Of a stretch of 64,000 bases of DNA, positions 19,718-34,000 are shown one piece after another. The DNA comes from an uncultured Verrucomicrobiae bacterium (GTDB taxonomy: Bacteria > Verrucomicrobiota > Verrucomicrobiia > Chthoniobacterales > JAFAMB01): contig CAWIPH010000001.1 in assembly GCA_963837955.1 (NCBI GenBank), positions 384,001-448,000 of the forward strand, in the 5' to 3' direction. A program made the translations under genes and the position numbers. The notes beneath the pieces are model-generated. The model made no database searches. It saw only the letters and a program-made list of their open reading frames with translations, and was not told where the DNA came from. Numbering within the stretch: position 1 is the first letter of the stretch; each line of letters opens with the position of its first letter.

Positions 19718-20518
19718 ATGCGAAGAGTTCTTTTGGTTCTCGCCGGTGGCTTGAGTCTTGCGATCCCAATCCTGGCCGATCAGACGATCGAGCATCCGGA
19801 ATGGAAGTCGTATTTCGATGCCAATGGTGCTGAGGGAACAATGGTCGTGACGGATCTCGTGAAGGGTGACACCCACGTTTATAATCCAAAACGGGCAATT
19901 GAACCTTTTATCCCGGCATCTACCTATAAGATCCCTCACTCATTGATCGCTCTGGAGACCGGTGTCGTGAAAGATGAAAACCAACGCTTTCATTGGGATG
20001 GTCAAAAGCACTGGGTCGAGGCCTGGAATCGTGATCAAACGTTTCGGAGCGCTTTAAAGTATTCGGTCGTCTGGGTATACCAGGACATTGCTCGCCAAGT
20101 GGGGGAACAGCGCGAGTCCGAGTACCTCAAGAAATTTGCTTACGGAAACGAAGATGTTTCGGGCGGGGTTGATCATTTCTGGCTGGATGGCCCCCTGCGA
20201 ATCACTGCTATGCAACAGATCGAGTTTCTGAAGAAGCTCTTTCTTAATCAGCTACCAGTCAGTGAACGTAGCATCTTGGTTGTCAAAGATATGCTAATCA
20301 ATGAAGCCAACTCAAAATACATCCTTCGTGCTAAGACCGGTTGGAGTGATGCCCGGACGCCGGCAATTGGATGGTGGGTTGGTTGGGTCGAAACGGATGA
20401 CGATACCTATTTCTTTGCGTTGAATCTTGACATAACCAAGAATGAAGACGCGCCGAAACGGATGATCGTTGCGCGGGCGTGCCTGGCGTCACTGGGTATC
20501 TTAGCGGCGGACAAATAG
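19718..20518 (+). CDS. blaOXA: Class D (OXA-type) serine beta-lactamase
   Basis: Signal peptide plus PASTYK, YSVV, YGN, FWLDGPLRI, KTG and GWWVGWVE motifs. Confidence 0.92.
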   Translation: MRRVLLVLAGGLSLAIPILADQTIEHPEWKSYFDANGAEGTMVVTDLVKGDTHVYNPKRAIEPFIPASTYKIPHSLIALETGVVKDENQRFHWDGQKHWVEAWNRDQTFRSALKYSVVWVYQDIARQVGEQRESEYLKKFAYGNEDVSGGVDHFWLDGPLRITAMQQIEFLKKLFLNQLPVSERSILVVKDMLINEANSKYILRAKTGWSDARTPAIGWWVGWVETDDDTYFFALNLDITKNEDAPKRMIVARACLASLGILAADK

Positions 20519-20647
20519 TTTTTGGCCTGATCGAAAGAGTGTCGATGCCGCTCGGTCGGAGGCCGGCAACAGGGGTTCTTCCTGCCAAAGATGTTGCCTG
20601 TCGATTGTGCCGACCGACGAAGCCTTCGCCCCATTAAAATCTCTCCC

Positions 20648-21460
20648 TCAAACCGGCGCGACCCTCATCCTCGCTTCCAGATGTTCCGGCTCGAGTCTGT
20701 CGAACGCGTCGAGAAATTGAATGCGAAAGCTGCCAGGTCCTTCGGTGCGGGAATGCTCGGCGGCGAGTTCGCCCACGATATCCATCACGATCACGGCCGA
20801 GACGGCGGCTGCTAGAGGGTTCGGACTCACGGTGAGGAACGCAGCAATGATGGCCGTGGCGACGCAACCCGAACCGGTGATTCGCGCCATCAACGGATGC
20901 CCATTGTCAACGGCGATGACGGTATCGCCGTCAGAAAGATAATCGATCGGGCCACTGGCTACTGCAACCGTTCCCAGACGTTTGGCCAGTTGGCGAACTG
21001 CCGCGGCAGCTTGGTCTGACGATTCAGCGGCGTCGACGCCGCGCGCGACCGAAGGAAGACCCGCGAGGGCTGCGATTTCAGCCTGATTTCCGCGGATAAC
21101 TGCAGACGGCACGATCTGCAAAAGGCGGTCAGCTAGTTTGCGGCGAAGCTCTGTGGCGCCAACTGCAACGGGATCGAGCACGATCGGAATCCGCTTGGTT
21201 TTGGCAGCTTGAGCAGCTAACGCCATGGCTTCGGCGGTCCTTGACGTCGGCGTTCCAATGTTCAGATTGAGAGCGTTCGCCAGGCCGACCAATTCGGTGA
21301 TCTCTTCGAGCGCGTCAGACATGATCGGAGACGCTCCCAACGCTAGCAACGCATTGGCCGTGAACTCTTGCACAACCGAATTGGTCAGAGAGAGAATTAA
21401 AGGGGTAGTCTCTCGAACCTTGCGAAAATCAGCCCAGACGCGTTCGGCGGTAATAACCAT
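20648..21460 (-). CDS. thiM: Hydroxyethylthiazole kinase
   Basis: TANALLALGASPIM, LNIGT, LDPVAVGAT, IRGNQAEI, ITGSGC. Confidence 0.96.
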   Translation of the reverse strand: MVITAERVWADFRKVRETTPLILSLTNSVVQEFTANALLALGASPIMSDALEEITELVGLANALNLNIGTPTSRTAEAMALAAQAAKTKRIPIVLDPVAVGATELRRKLADRLLQIVPSAVIRGNQAEIAALAGLPSVARGVDAAESSDQAAAAVRQLAKRLGTVAVASGPIDYLSDGDTVIAVDNGHPLMARITGSGCVATAIIAAFLTVSPNPLAAAVSAVIVMDIVGELAAEHSRTEGPGSFRIQFLDAFDRLEPEHLEARMRVAPV

Positions 21461-21598
21461 TGCGAAAAATAAACGCGGTTACGTTCTAATTTTCAAAAGG
21501 AGGCTGCACTTATTCGCCTAATTCGATTTCGAGCGATTTGGACGATTCCGGGTTAAATTTCGCGCAACTCGCCTCTAGGGAGGCGACCCCTCAACGAT

Positions 21599-22663
21599 AT
21601 GCAATCAGCCCAATCCGCACCCAATCCTGAGCGCCTCATGCAACTCGCATTTGGTTTCGCACCGCCGCTGTTCCTGCAAACGGCTGTCGAACTAAAACTT
21701 TTCGACTTGATTGACCAGGCTCCGAGGAGCTTGGAAGAGTTGAGCTCTGAGACTGGGGCGTCTCTTCGGGGATTGCGCGCGCTGCTGAATGCCCTGGTCG
21801 GCTTTGAATTTCTCAGTAGGAACGATGATGGGCGTTACGCGCTCACCCCGGAAAGCGAAACGTTTCTGGTGCGGAACAAACCGGCCTATCGGGGCGACTT
21901 CTTCACCTTCGTCCCGGGAATGATTCAGCATTGGCTAAATCTGAAAGAAGTGGTGAAGAGCGGCGAGCCGGTGGTCACGGTGAATTCCGAGCAAGAGGGA
22001 GCAGAATTTTTCCGCGAATTTGTAAAGTCTCTATTCAGCATCAATTTCGCGCCCGCCACGACGCTCGCGGCGGAGCTCAAAGGAAAACGAGAAGTTAGCG
22101 ATATTCTGGATTTAGCGGCCGGCTCCGGAGTTTGGGGGATCGTACTCGCAGAAGAGTTCCCGCAGGCTCGAGTGACCGCGGTTGATTTTCCGGCCGTTTT
22201 GGAGGTTACCAAAGAGACGGCGGAAAAGCGGGGGGTGGCAGACCGATTTCATTTTTCCGCTGGGGACCTACTAGAGGCCGATTTCGGCGTCCACCATGAT
22301 GTGGCGGTGCTTGGACACATCTTACACACCGAAGGAGAAAAAAGGAGTCGCCAGCTTTTACGGAAAGTGTTCACTTCCTTAGCGCCCGGCGGAACAATTG
22401 CTATCGCCGAATGGCTGGTGAACGAAGCACGCACTGCTCCTCCGCCCTCCCTTATTTTTGCGGTTAACATGTTGGTTCATTCGAAGGAAGGGGACACCTT
22501 TTCATTTGAAGAAATCAGCAGCTGGCTTTCCGAAGCCGGATTCCGCGAGGCTCGTCTGCTCGAGGCTCCTGCGGTTTCGCCGCTTATTCTTGCGACCAAG
22601 CCATGGGTTGCGAGCTTTGTGGGCGATGTGATAGCCGGGACAGGTTTCCGCTCTTTTTGTTGA
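21599..22663 (+). CDS. SAM-dependent O-methyltransferase with N-terminal dimerisation domain
   Basis: TAVELKLFD dimerisation region, LDLAAGSG motif I, VLGHILH. Confidence 0.92.
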   Translation: MQSAQSAPNPERLMQLAFGFAPPLFLQTAVELKLFDLIDQAPRSLEELSSETGASLRGLRALLNALVGFEFLSRNDDGRYALTPESETFLVRNKPAYRGDFFTFVPGMIQHWLNLKEVVKSGEPVVTVNSEQEGAEFFREFVKSLFSINFAPATTLAAELKGKREVSDILDLAAGSGVWGIVLAEEFPQARVTAVDFPAVLEVTKETAEKRGVADRFHFSAGDLLEADFGVHHDVAVLGHILHTEGEKRSRQLLRKVFTSLAPGGTIAIAEWLVNEARTAPPPSLIFAVNMLVHSKEGDTFSFEEISSWLSEAGFREARLLEAPAVSPLILATKPWVASFVGDVIAGTGFRSFC

Positions 22664-22700
22664 TCGCTCGACAGATTTTGCGGCGCGTGAAACCTTCGCT

Positions 22701-23279
22701 ATGCGTATTTGCGTTTTCTGTGGATCCAGTCCTGGTAACGACTCGACCTATGCGGACGCGGCTCGGCGGGTCGGCCAAGCGCTCGCCGCCCAAGGATGTG
22801 AGCTGGTGTACGGCGGGGGACGAGCCGGGCTGATGGGAGTTGTTGCCGATGCGGCGTTGGCTGCCGGAGGCAAAGTGATCGGCGTAATTCCGCGTGCCCT
22901 GGTGGATCAAGAAGTAGCGCACACCGGGCTCACCCAATTGCTCATCGTTCAGACCATGCATGAACGAAAAGCGAAAATGGCGGAACTCTCCGACGGCTTT
23001 GTCGCTCTACCCGGTGGTGTCGGTACCTTGGAAGAAATCTTTGAACAATGGGTTTGGGCTCGACTCGGCATCCACCAGAAACCGTGTGCCTTCCTGGACA
23101 TAAATGGGTTCTTCGAACCGATCCAGGCGATGGCCGACCAAATGGTTCAGGCAGGATTCATGCTTCGCGAACACACCGAGATAGTTACTTTTGCCTCGGA
23201 CCTCGAACAGATCCTGGAGGCATTCCGCGATTACCGACCGCCTCCCGCTAGACGGTTTCGTGGTAGAGCGGAAGTCTGA
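22701..23279 (+). CDS. LOG-family (TIGR00730) phosphoribohydrolase
   Basis: CVFCGSS, LVYGGG, MHERK, PGGVGTLEE. Confidence 0.95.
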   Translation: MRICVFCGSSPGNDSTYADAARRVGQALAAQGCELVYGGGRAGLMGVVADAALAAGGKVIGVIPRALVDQEVAHTGLTQLLIVQTMHERKAKMAELSDGFVALPGGVGTLEEIFEQWVWARLGIHQKPCAFLDINGFFEPIQAMADQMVQAGFMLREHTEIVTFASDLEQILEAFRDYRPPPARRFRGRAEV

Positions 23280-23473
23280 TCCGACAGGCGCCGGATCGGC
23301 TTGCCGCTTCCGCAGCTACGGCGCGCCTTAGCAGTGTGTTTTGAGGAACACCACCGATCCGGTCGCGCCATAGATTTCCGCCGTCGCTGCGCTATGGCGC
23401 GACAAGTTTGGGTTGTCGGGTCTTCGCGCTACCGGTCAGGGGTTAGCGCCCTTTTCAGATCTTGGATTTCGCG

Positions 23474-23854
23474 TCAATTTCCGTGCTGAATCAGCTCGAC
23501 CTCATAACCCTCGGGAGCATCGACAAAGGCAATCATGCCGCCGGAGCCTGTTTTGGTCGGACCGTCGCTCAGAGGATAACCTTTGGCTGCGGCATGCTTT
23601 GCGAATGCTTCGAGATCGTCGACCTCAAAAGCCAAATGAGTAATGTCCCTGCCAACGTTCACCGGACCGCTTTCGTCGAATTTGCAGAGCTCAATCTCTT
23701 CTTCGCTGCCAGGCACTTTTAAAAATACCAGCTGCGAACCACGCGGCGAAGTGTGCCGGCGTATTTCCTTCAATCCGAGGACGTCCTTATAGAAAGAAAC
23801 GGTCTTTTCCAGGTCGGAGACGCGATAACGGGTGTGGAGAAGCTTCTTAACCAT
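23474..23854 (-). CDS. VOC/glyoxalase I (lactoylglutathione lyase)-like protein
   Basis: LLHTRYRVSDLEKTVSFY, HLAFEVDD, PEGYEVELI; start set at ATG 23854. Confidence 0.9.
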   Translation of the reverse strand: MVKKLLHTRYRVSDLEKTVSFYKDVLGLKEIRRHTSPRGSQLVFLKVPGSEEEIELCKFDESGPVNVGRDITHLAFEVDDLEAFAKHAAAKGYPLSDGPTKTGSGGMIAFVDAPEGYEVELIQHGN

Positions 23855-24093
23855 TCGAAAAAATGGCACGGACGCAGCAAATTCCAACCGGCCAACTGAG
23901 CAAAACTTTATTCTGAGATTGCAATCAGGCCGGTTTCCCAGAGTTCAATGCTCGGAATCCGCTCGACCCGACGCAATTCTGGCGGCTAATAACCATGTCG
24001 CGATCGGCGGTAACCAACGTAAAATAAATTTCGGGTCGAACCTCAATAGGCGTTTGTCGGGTTCCATCCATCTGTGGCACTCTTCAATTCTCT

Positions 24094-25593
24094 ATGCTCT
24101 ATCTCGGCATCGATAGCGGAACCCAAAGCACCAAGTCGATAGTCCTGGATCTCGTATCCGGTGAAATTCTGGCGAGTGCCCAAAAATCTTATGATCTCGT
24201 TCCAGGTCTTCCGCCGGGGCACATGGAGCAGGATCCGCAGGAATGGCTTGATGCGACTGAGGCAACGATCAAGGAATGCTTGGAGAAGATCGGATCGCGA
24301 AAGGCTCAGGTGAGAGCGATCGGTGTCAGTGGCCAGCAGCATGGGCTGGTCGTATTGAACGATGCAAATGAGGTCATTCGTCCTGCTAAGCTCTGGAGTG
24401 ACACCTCGACCGTAAAACAGTGCGCCGAGATTATTGAAGAATTCGGCGGCGACGCTGCCCTTATCAAGCTCATGGGTAATACGATGTTACCTGCTTGGAC
24501 CGCCTCGAAAATCCTGTGGCTAAAGGAAAATGAGCCGGAAAATTACTCCTCCGCAAAAAGCATTCTGCTTCCGCATGATTACATCAATTTCTGGCTGACC
24601 GGCGAAAAACGCATGGAGTACGGAGATGCTTCCGGAACCGGGCTTCTTGATATCCGCACTCGCCGTTGGTGTGAGCCGGTATTGGAGTTTATCGATCCAG
24701 ATCTTGCCGAAATGCTTCCTTCCCTCGGTTCGTCCCGCCAGGCCGTCGGCCTTTTACGGGAGAATTTGCGAGAAGCCTGGGGCTTGTCCAATTCGCCTAT
24801 CGTTTCTGCTGGTGGGGGCGACAACATGATGGGGGCAATCGGAACGGGCAACGTGCACAGCGGGGTGGTAACAGCCAGCCTGGGTACCTCCGGCACGATT
24901 TACGCCTTCTCCCCTCAGCCGGTCGTCGACGCCCAGGGGGAAGTCGCAGCCTTTTGCGACAGCACCGATAACTGGCTGCCGTTGATCTGCACGATGAATG
25001 TGACCGTGGCGACTGAACAGGTACGTAAGTTGTTCGGATGGGAGATCGCCAAACTCAACGAAGCGGTTGCAACTGTCCCCCCCGGGTCGGATGGCCTGAT
25101 TTTCCTTCCGTATCTGACCGGCGAGCGAACTCCTAATCTCCCGCACGGAGTCGGCGTTTTTCATGGCCTGACTCCGGCAAATTTCACTCCAGCGCATTTG
25201 GCTAGGGCTGCCATCGAGGGCGCCACTTTAGGATTGGCCTATGGCCTGAATCGTTACCGGCAGCTCGGCATCAAACCAAGCGAAATCCGGCTAACCGGTG
25301 GCGGAAGCCGCAGTGCTGTTTGGCGTCAGATCTGTGCAGACGTTTTCCGCGTACCCGTTGTTTGCCTGGCCACCGCCGAAGGGGCCGCTCTCGGCGCTGC
25401 TTTACACTCCGCTTGGGTCGATCATTTGGTGAACAATAAATCCAGCAACCTAAATGACTTGGTCGCCCAATGCGTCAAGCTGGACGAAACATCGCGGGCG
25501 GTTCCGGTGACCGCGACAGCCGACGTTTATCAGGAGATATTCGGGCGATTTAGGGGGCTCACCCAACGGCTTGCGACCGGGGGCTACCTTTGA
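24094..25593 (+). CDS. xylB: Xylulokinase
   Basis: LGIDSGTQSTK, SGQQHG, GDASGTG, GGGDNMMGAIG, PYLTGERTP. Confidence 0.94.
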   Translation: MLYLGIDSGTQSTKSIVLDLVSGEILASAQKSYDLVPGLPPGHMEQDPQEWLDATEATIKECLEKIGSRKAQVRAIGVSGQQHGLVVLNDANEVIRPAKLWSDTSTVKQCAEIIEEFGGDAALIKLMGNTMLPAWTASKILWLKENEPENYSSAKSILLPHDYINFWLTGEKRMEYGDASGTGLLDIRTRRWCEPVLEFIDPDLAEMLPSLGSSRQAVGLLRENLREAWGLSNSPIVSAGGGDNMMGAIGTGNVHSGVVTASLGTSGTIYAFSPQPVVDAQGEVAAFCDSTDNWLPLICTMNVTVATEQVRKLFGWEIAKLNEAVATVPPGSDGLIFLPYLTGERTPNLPHGVGVFHGLTPANFTPAHLARAAIEGATLGLAYGLNRYRQLGIKPSEIRLTGGGSRSAVWRQICADVFRVPVVCLATAEGAALGAALHSAWVDHLVNNKSSNLNDLVAQCVKLDETSRAVPVTATADVYQEIFGRFRGLTQRLATGGYL

Positions 25594-25596
25594 AAC

Positions 25597-25743
25597 GGTT
25601 ACATGTTACAGGTTAGAAGTTGCAGGTTGCGGGTTCTCTGGCCGCGCCGGAGGAAAATAACATGAACTATGAACGTGGATGAAAGATTCGAAGACCCAAA
25701 CTGTAACTTCTAACCTGCAACCTGTAACCTCTACCTTGTAACC
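25597..25743. repeat. Inverted pair of degenerate heptamer arrays (GGTTACA/GGTTGCA ... TGTAACC/TGCAACC)
   Basis: About five 7-mers at 25597-25634 and about six complementary 7-mers at 25701-25743. Confidence 0.85.
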
Positions 25744-25748
25744 GCTTC

Positions 25749-26303
25749 ATGAAACTCGTCATTGCCGCAACGGGCGCGAGCGGAGCGATCTATCTGCAGC
25801 GTCTTCTTCACCAAATCGACTGCGAGAAGAACGAAGTGCATTTGGTTCTCAGTGCCTATGCCAAACAGGTGGTAAGCGACGAGATCGGCAAACTGCAGGT
25901 TCCTGTAGGCGTTCACGAGCATAACGAGCGTAGTATGAACGTGCCGTTCGCGAGCGGCTCCACTTTATTCGACGCAATGGTGGTTGTGCCCTGCTCAATG
26001 GGTACGCTGGGTCGAATCGTTGCCGGTACAAGCGAAACCCTGATTCTCCGATCGGCTGACGTCTTTCTGAAGGAGAAACGGAAGCTGGTTTTAGTCTTGA
26101 GGGAAACCCCATGGAATCTCATTCACGCGAGAAACTGTTGTCGGGCGGTTGAAGCCGGCGCCGTGGTCTTGCCGGCAATGCCAGCATTCTACAGTCGTCC
26201 GGGAACCATTGAAGACCTGGTCGACACGGTTGTGCATCGTATCCTTGACCAGATCGGTTTGCCTTGTGCCAAGACCTATCGCTGGTTCGAGAATCTTGAA
26301 TGA
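25749..26303 (+). CDS. ubiX: Flavin prenyltransferase UbiX
   Basis: ATGASGAIY, ASGS, VPCSMGTL, RSADVFLKEKRKLVLVLRETP, PAFY. Confidence 0.95.
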   Translation: MKLVIAATGASGAIYLQRLLHQIDCEKNEVHLVLSAYAKQVVSDEIGKLQVPVGVHEHNERSMNVPFASGSTLFDAMVVVPCSMGTLGRIVAGTSETLILRSADVFLKEKRKLVLVLRETPWNLIHARNCCRAVEAGAVVLPAMPAFYSRPGTIEDLVDTVVHRILDQIGLPCAKTYRWFENLE

Positions 26304-26525
26304 TCCCAGTTTGCAGGTCTTCTGGCTCACTTGCCGCGCTGCTCTGCGTCGACGCACAGACTGGGGTGGCAGCCATTTGTCATTTCGGCAATCGATATGA
26401 CATCTTTCGATATGGTGCCGGCAAACAGCGATGCGAGTAATAGGCCCAGGTATTCAGCATTTTGTGGCGGACCGCGACCTCCGGCCTTTAGCTTGTAAGC
26501 ACCGACCTGCAACTTAGCCCCAGCC

Positions 26526-27569
26526 GTGAACCGAGACATGTCAACGGCCGATTACGAATCCGACCGCGCACCTTCCGCGGGGCCGATCGATATCCACGTT
26601 CATCTCCTTGGTAATGGTTTGGATGGATCTGGTTGCAGGGCGCGACCTGCTTGGTGGCAAGCGCCGTTCGTCCAAGCGATGGCACATGGTATTGGACTGA
26701 AGATGGATCCCCGAAGCCCCGACCTGGACGAGGCGTACGCGCGTCATCTCATCCGATGGCTAGATACCTCTTCGCTAGCAGGAGTCGTGGCACTCGCTTG
26801 CGACGATGTCCATGAGGAGGACGGGACAGCCCGTCCCGATCTTTCTCGGCTCTACGTGCCGAACGATTGGGTCTTCCGGGTGTCAAAACTGGATTCCCGA
26901 GTGCTTCCCGGGATATCGATTCACCCGGCTCGGAAGGATGCCCTTGAGGCTTTGGAGGCCGGGGTCGAAGCAGGTGCTGTATTGTTAAAGCTCTTGCCCT
27001 GCGTCCAGATCGTCGATCCCTCTCTACCAAAGTATAGAAACTTTTGGGTGAGGATGGCCGAGCTCGACTTGCCTTTGCTGGCCCATACCGGGGGTGAATT
27101 CTCGCTCCCAACCTACCGTCCCGACCTAAGAGATCCGAATTGTCTGCGGTTGCCGCTTCAGGTCGGTGTAAAGGTCATCGCGGCTCACTGCGGTGCCCCG
27201 GCATTGCCTTGGGAGAGAGACTATTCTCCGCAGTTCCTCGAGCTTCGACGGCAGTACCCGAATCTGTACGGAGACATCTCGGCGTTATCTCAGCCGTCCC
27301 ATCTCAAAACGCTGGCCCGACTCCTAGAAAATCCGGAGCGGATTCTCTATGGGAGCGATTATCCGGTGATAACGTCCGTGATATGGTCACGGGTGGCCCG
27401 GTGGGTCTCGGAAGGGGAATGCCGCCGGATTCGCCAAATCAGGAACCCGCTGGAGCGAAAACTGCAGCTTACCAGGGCCCAAGGATTTCCGGACACAGTC
27501 TTCAGCCAGGTCCGAACGGTGCTCCGGATGCCGCGGCAGGGCTCGCGCCTTCTAGATTCAAGCTCCTAG
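26526..27569 (+). CDS. Amidohydrolase-family metallo-hydrolase
   Basis: IDIHVH, LLAHTGGE, IAAHCG, YGDISA, LYGSDYP. Confidence 0.9.
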   Translation: MNRDMSTADYESDRAPSAGPIDIHVHLLGNGLDGSGCRARPAWWQAPFVQAMAHGIGLKMDPRSPDLDEAYARHLIRWLDTSSLAGVVALACDDVHEEDGTARPDLSRLYVPNDWVFRVSKLDSRVLPGISIHPARKDALEALEAGVEAGAVLLKLLPCVQIVDPSLPKYRNFWVRMAELDLPLLAHTGGEFSLPTYRPDLRDPNCLRLPLQVGVKVIAAHCGAPALPWERDYSPQFLELRRQYPNLYGDISALSQPSHLKTLARLLENPERILYGSDYPVITSVIWSRVARWVSEGECRRIRQIRNPLERKLQLTRAQGFPDTVFSQVRTVLRMPRQGSRLLDSSS

Positions 27570-27624
27570 ATTGTTGCCTGGTGCCGGCCGACCGGCCGGA
27601 ACTCAAAATTTCTTAGAAACTCGT

Positions 27625-27837
27625 TTGACGCCGAGGCTACCCCTGCTAGCTTGTCGGCCCCGAGGATTTGGAGGTAGGCAAAGGGCGGGGAAAATTGGAA
27701 AGAGATTTTCAAATTTCTCCCTTGCAGCGATCTGAATGATCGCTACGGTTGCCGGCCCAAGTCGTACGGGTTCTTCTGAGAACGTCACGCAATTTTTGCA
27801 AAAATCGCGTTGACCAACTCAGAAGAGAAGGTACAGT
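27625..27837 (+). promoter_or_regulatory. Tandem candidate sigma70 promoters of the rRNA operon
   Basis: TTGACG-16-TAGCTT (27625), TTGCAG-16-TACGGT (27722), TTGACC-16-TACAGT (27810). Confidence 0.5.
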
Positions 27838-28233
27838 GTATTTCTCCCTTGAAAGAGGGAGGAGCTCGCAAGGCCGAGCGTGTTCTTACAGTTTTAGGGA
27901 CTTCAAATTGACTCAATTTTGTCCCGGTTGAATAGAATGGGAGTAACATCCTGATTTACCCTGTTTGGCCGGAGGCGGATTGAGTTTTTTTGTCGCCCAA
28001 AACCAGTGAGAACCAAGTTCATTGATAGTTTGGTTCTGAGTTTTAAAGCACTCAGAATGGTGATAGTCAGCGAAGACTGTGTTGTGCGTTATACGTCAAC
28101 ACTTTTTGGTTTTAATATTTTTAATGACCGACACAACCTTACGCTCTCGGATGCAAATCCGAGAGAGTGTTAAGATATGGATGGTCAGAATCTCCGGCAA
28201 CAGCCGGACAGATACTCTCGTTAGAGAAAGTTT

Positions 28234-29762
<1,529 letters not shown>

Positions 29763-30046
29763 CACTCCTTTCCGCCTTCGGGCGGAATAGAGAGGTCGAC
29801 AGCTGCCCCAATCTCCGGTTGTTTACGGAAATTGGAATGCTGTAAGCCCTGCAGAACGAAAGTGAAAGCAGGCCTGAAAAGGTTGATACGGTAACGCACA
29901 ACTCAGTTTTTGCTGAATATCGCGAAGAGCCCGAAGGCAGCGAACGCCAGCGAGCGTCGATGAACATCAACGAACGCCAGCACCGATTTAGCGGTGCTCA
30001 TGTTCGATGTCGTTCGTTGACGGCGCTGACGATCGTTTGATTCTTC

Positions 30047-30119
30047 GGGGGCATAGCTCAGTTGGTAGAGCGGTAGCTTTGCAAGCTATAGGTCAGGGGT
30101 TCGAATCCCCTTGCCTCCA
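30047..30119 (+). tRNA. tRNA-Ala(TGC)
   Basis: GGGGGCA/TGCCTCC acceptor stem with G3:U70, anticodon loop TTTGCAA, GGTTCGAATCC; CCA not encoded. Confidence 0.97.
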
Positions 30120-30220
30120 GTTGCTAGAGCGAACGCCAGTGAACAGCAATGAATAACAACGAACGTCAGCGGAAGTTGACGGCGTTGACGTTCGCTGTCG
30201 TTCGTTGACGGCGCTGATTT

Positions 30221-30297
30221 GGGCCTGTAGCTCAGTTGGTTAGAGCATGCGCTTGATAAGCGCAGGGTCACTGGTTCGAGCCCAGTCAGGCCCACCA
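30221..30297 (+). tRNA. tRNA-Ile(GAT)
   Basis: GGGCCTG/CAGGCCC acceptor stem, anticodon loop TTGATAA, GGTTCGAGCCC, encoded CCA. Confidence 0.97.
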
Positions 30298-30574
30298 AAT
30301 GCACGGCAGGGATGAGCTCCCGTCCGCAATTTCGCGACAGCAAGAAACACACCATTTTGAATGCTTGGTTTAAGCCTGAAAACTCGGACTAAGCTACTGC
30401 CGGTCTGGCAAAAGCCGTTCCGGAGAGTTCTTTGACATCTGCATATAGGGTAGAAAAATAAATTACAACTTTAGTGAGTAAATGGCGCTGAGTCTGGAGT
30501 TTAATCGGTAGGGACGAGTTTAGGCTCGTATACTACCAAGAGAGCTTCAGTTATCACGACAGACAGATCTAACA

Positions 30575-33424
<2,850 letters not shown>

Positions 33425-33708
33425 TAATTATTTAAAAAATGTCCTGCCGAAGTTTGGCAGGTACTTAGCGCCATCACTCTACCCTTATATGCAGGTTTCA
33501 GAGAACTCGTTGTTCTTTCCAAGATTCGGTAGGGACGCGCTCCTGCGCGTCCGTCTTTGTAACGGACTTAAGTGGTTAGCTTCTGTTGATCCACGCTCGA
33601 TTAGCAGCCTCTAACCACACTTTCCCTACCCAGTGTCTCCAGAATTTCTGGTGAAGTTGAAGCGAGACCGCCCCCTTCCCCCTCGGGCTAACTTCGGCTT
33701 CACCAGCC

Positions 33709-33825
33709 TTCTGGTGATCCTAGCGCAGTGGTCCCACCCGTTCCCATTCCGAACACGGAAGTGAAACGCTGCAGCCCCGATGGTAGTGCTTCTATAGGTT
33801 GTGCGAGAGTAGGACATTGCCAGAG
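33709..33825 (+). rRNA. rrf: 5S rRNA
   Basis: CCCATTCCGAACACGGAAGTGAAAC, GATGGTAGT, GAGAGTAGG; CTGGT...GCCAG closing helix. Confidence 0.97.
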
Positions 33826-33830
33826 TTGAT

Positions 33831-33868
33831 GAACCCCAGGTTCCGAAAGGAGCCTGGGGTTCTTTGTT
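33831..33868 (+). terminator. Intrinsic terminator of the rRNA operon
   Basis: GAACCCCAGGTTCC GAAA GGAGCCTGGGGTTC followed by TTTGTTT. Confidence 0.85.
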
Positions 33869-34000
33869 TCCTAGTCGTCCTCCAATGGATGAACTCCGAC
33901 GCCAAACTTCAGGAGGCGCGAACCCCGGCTGCGCGCTCATTCCTTGCGACGTTGGCGATCAATCGCTGTTTCGCATAATCAACCTTGATGGCAGGTTCTC

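Noticed and set aside
21461..21598. TPP riboswitch upstream of thiM
   Set aside because: No CTGAGA or other conserved TPP core elements on the minus strand.
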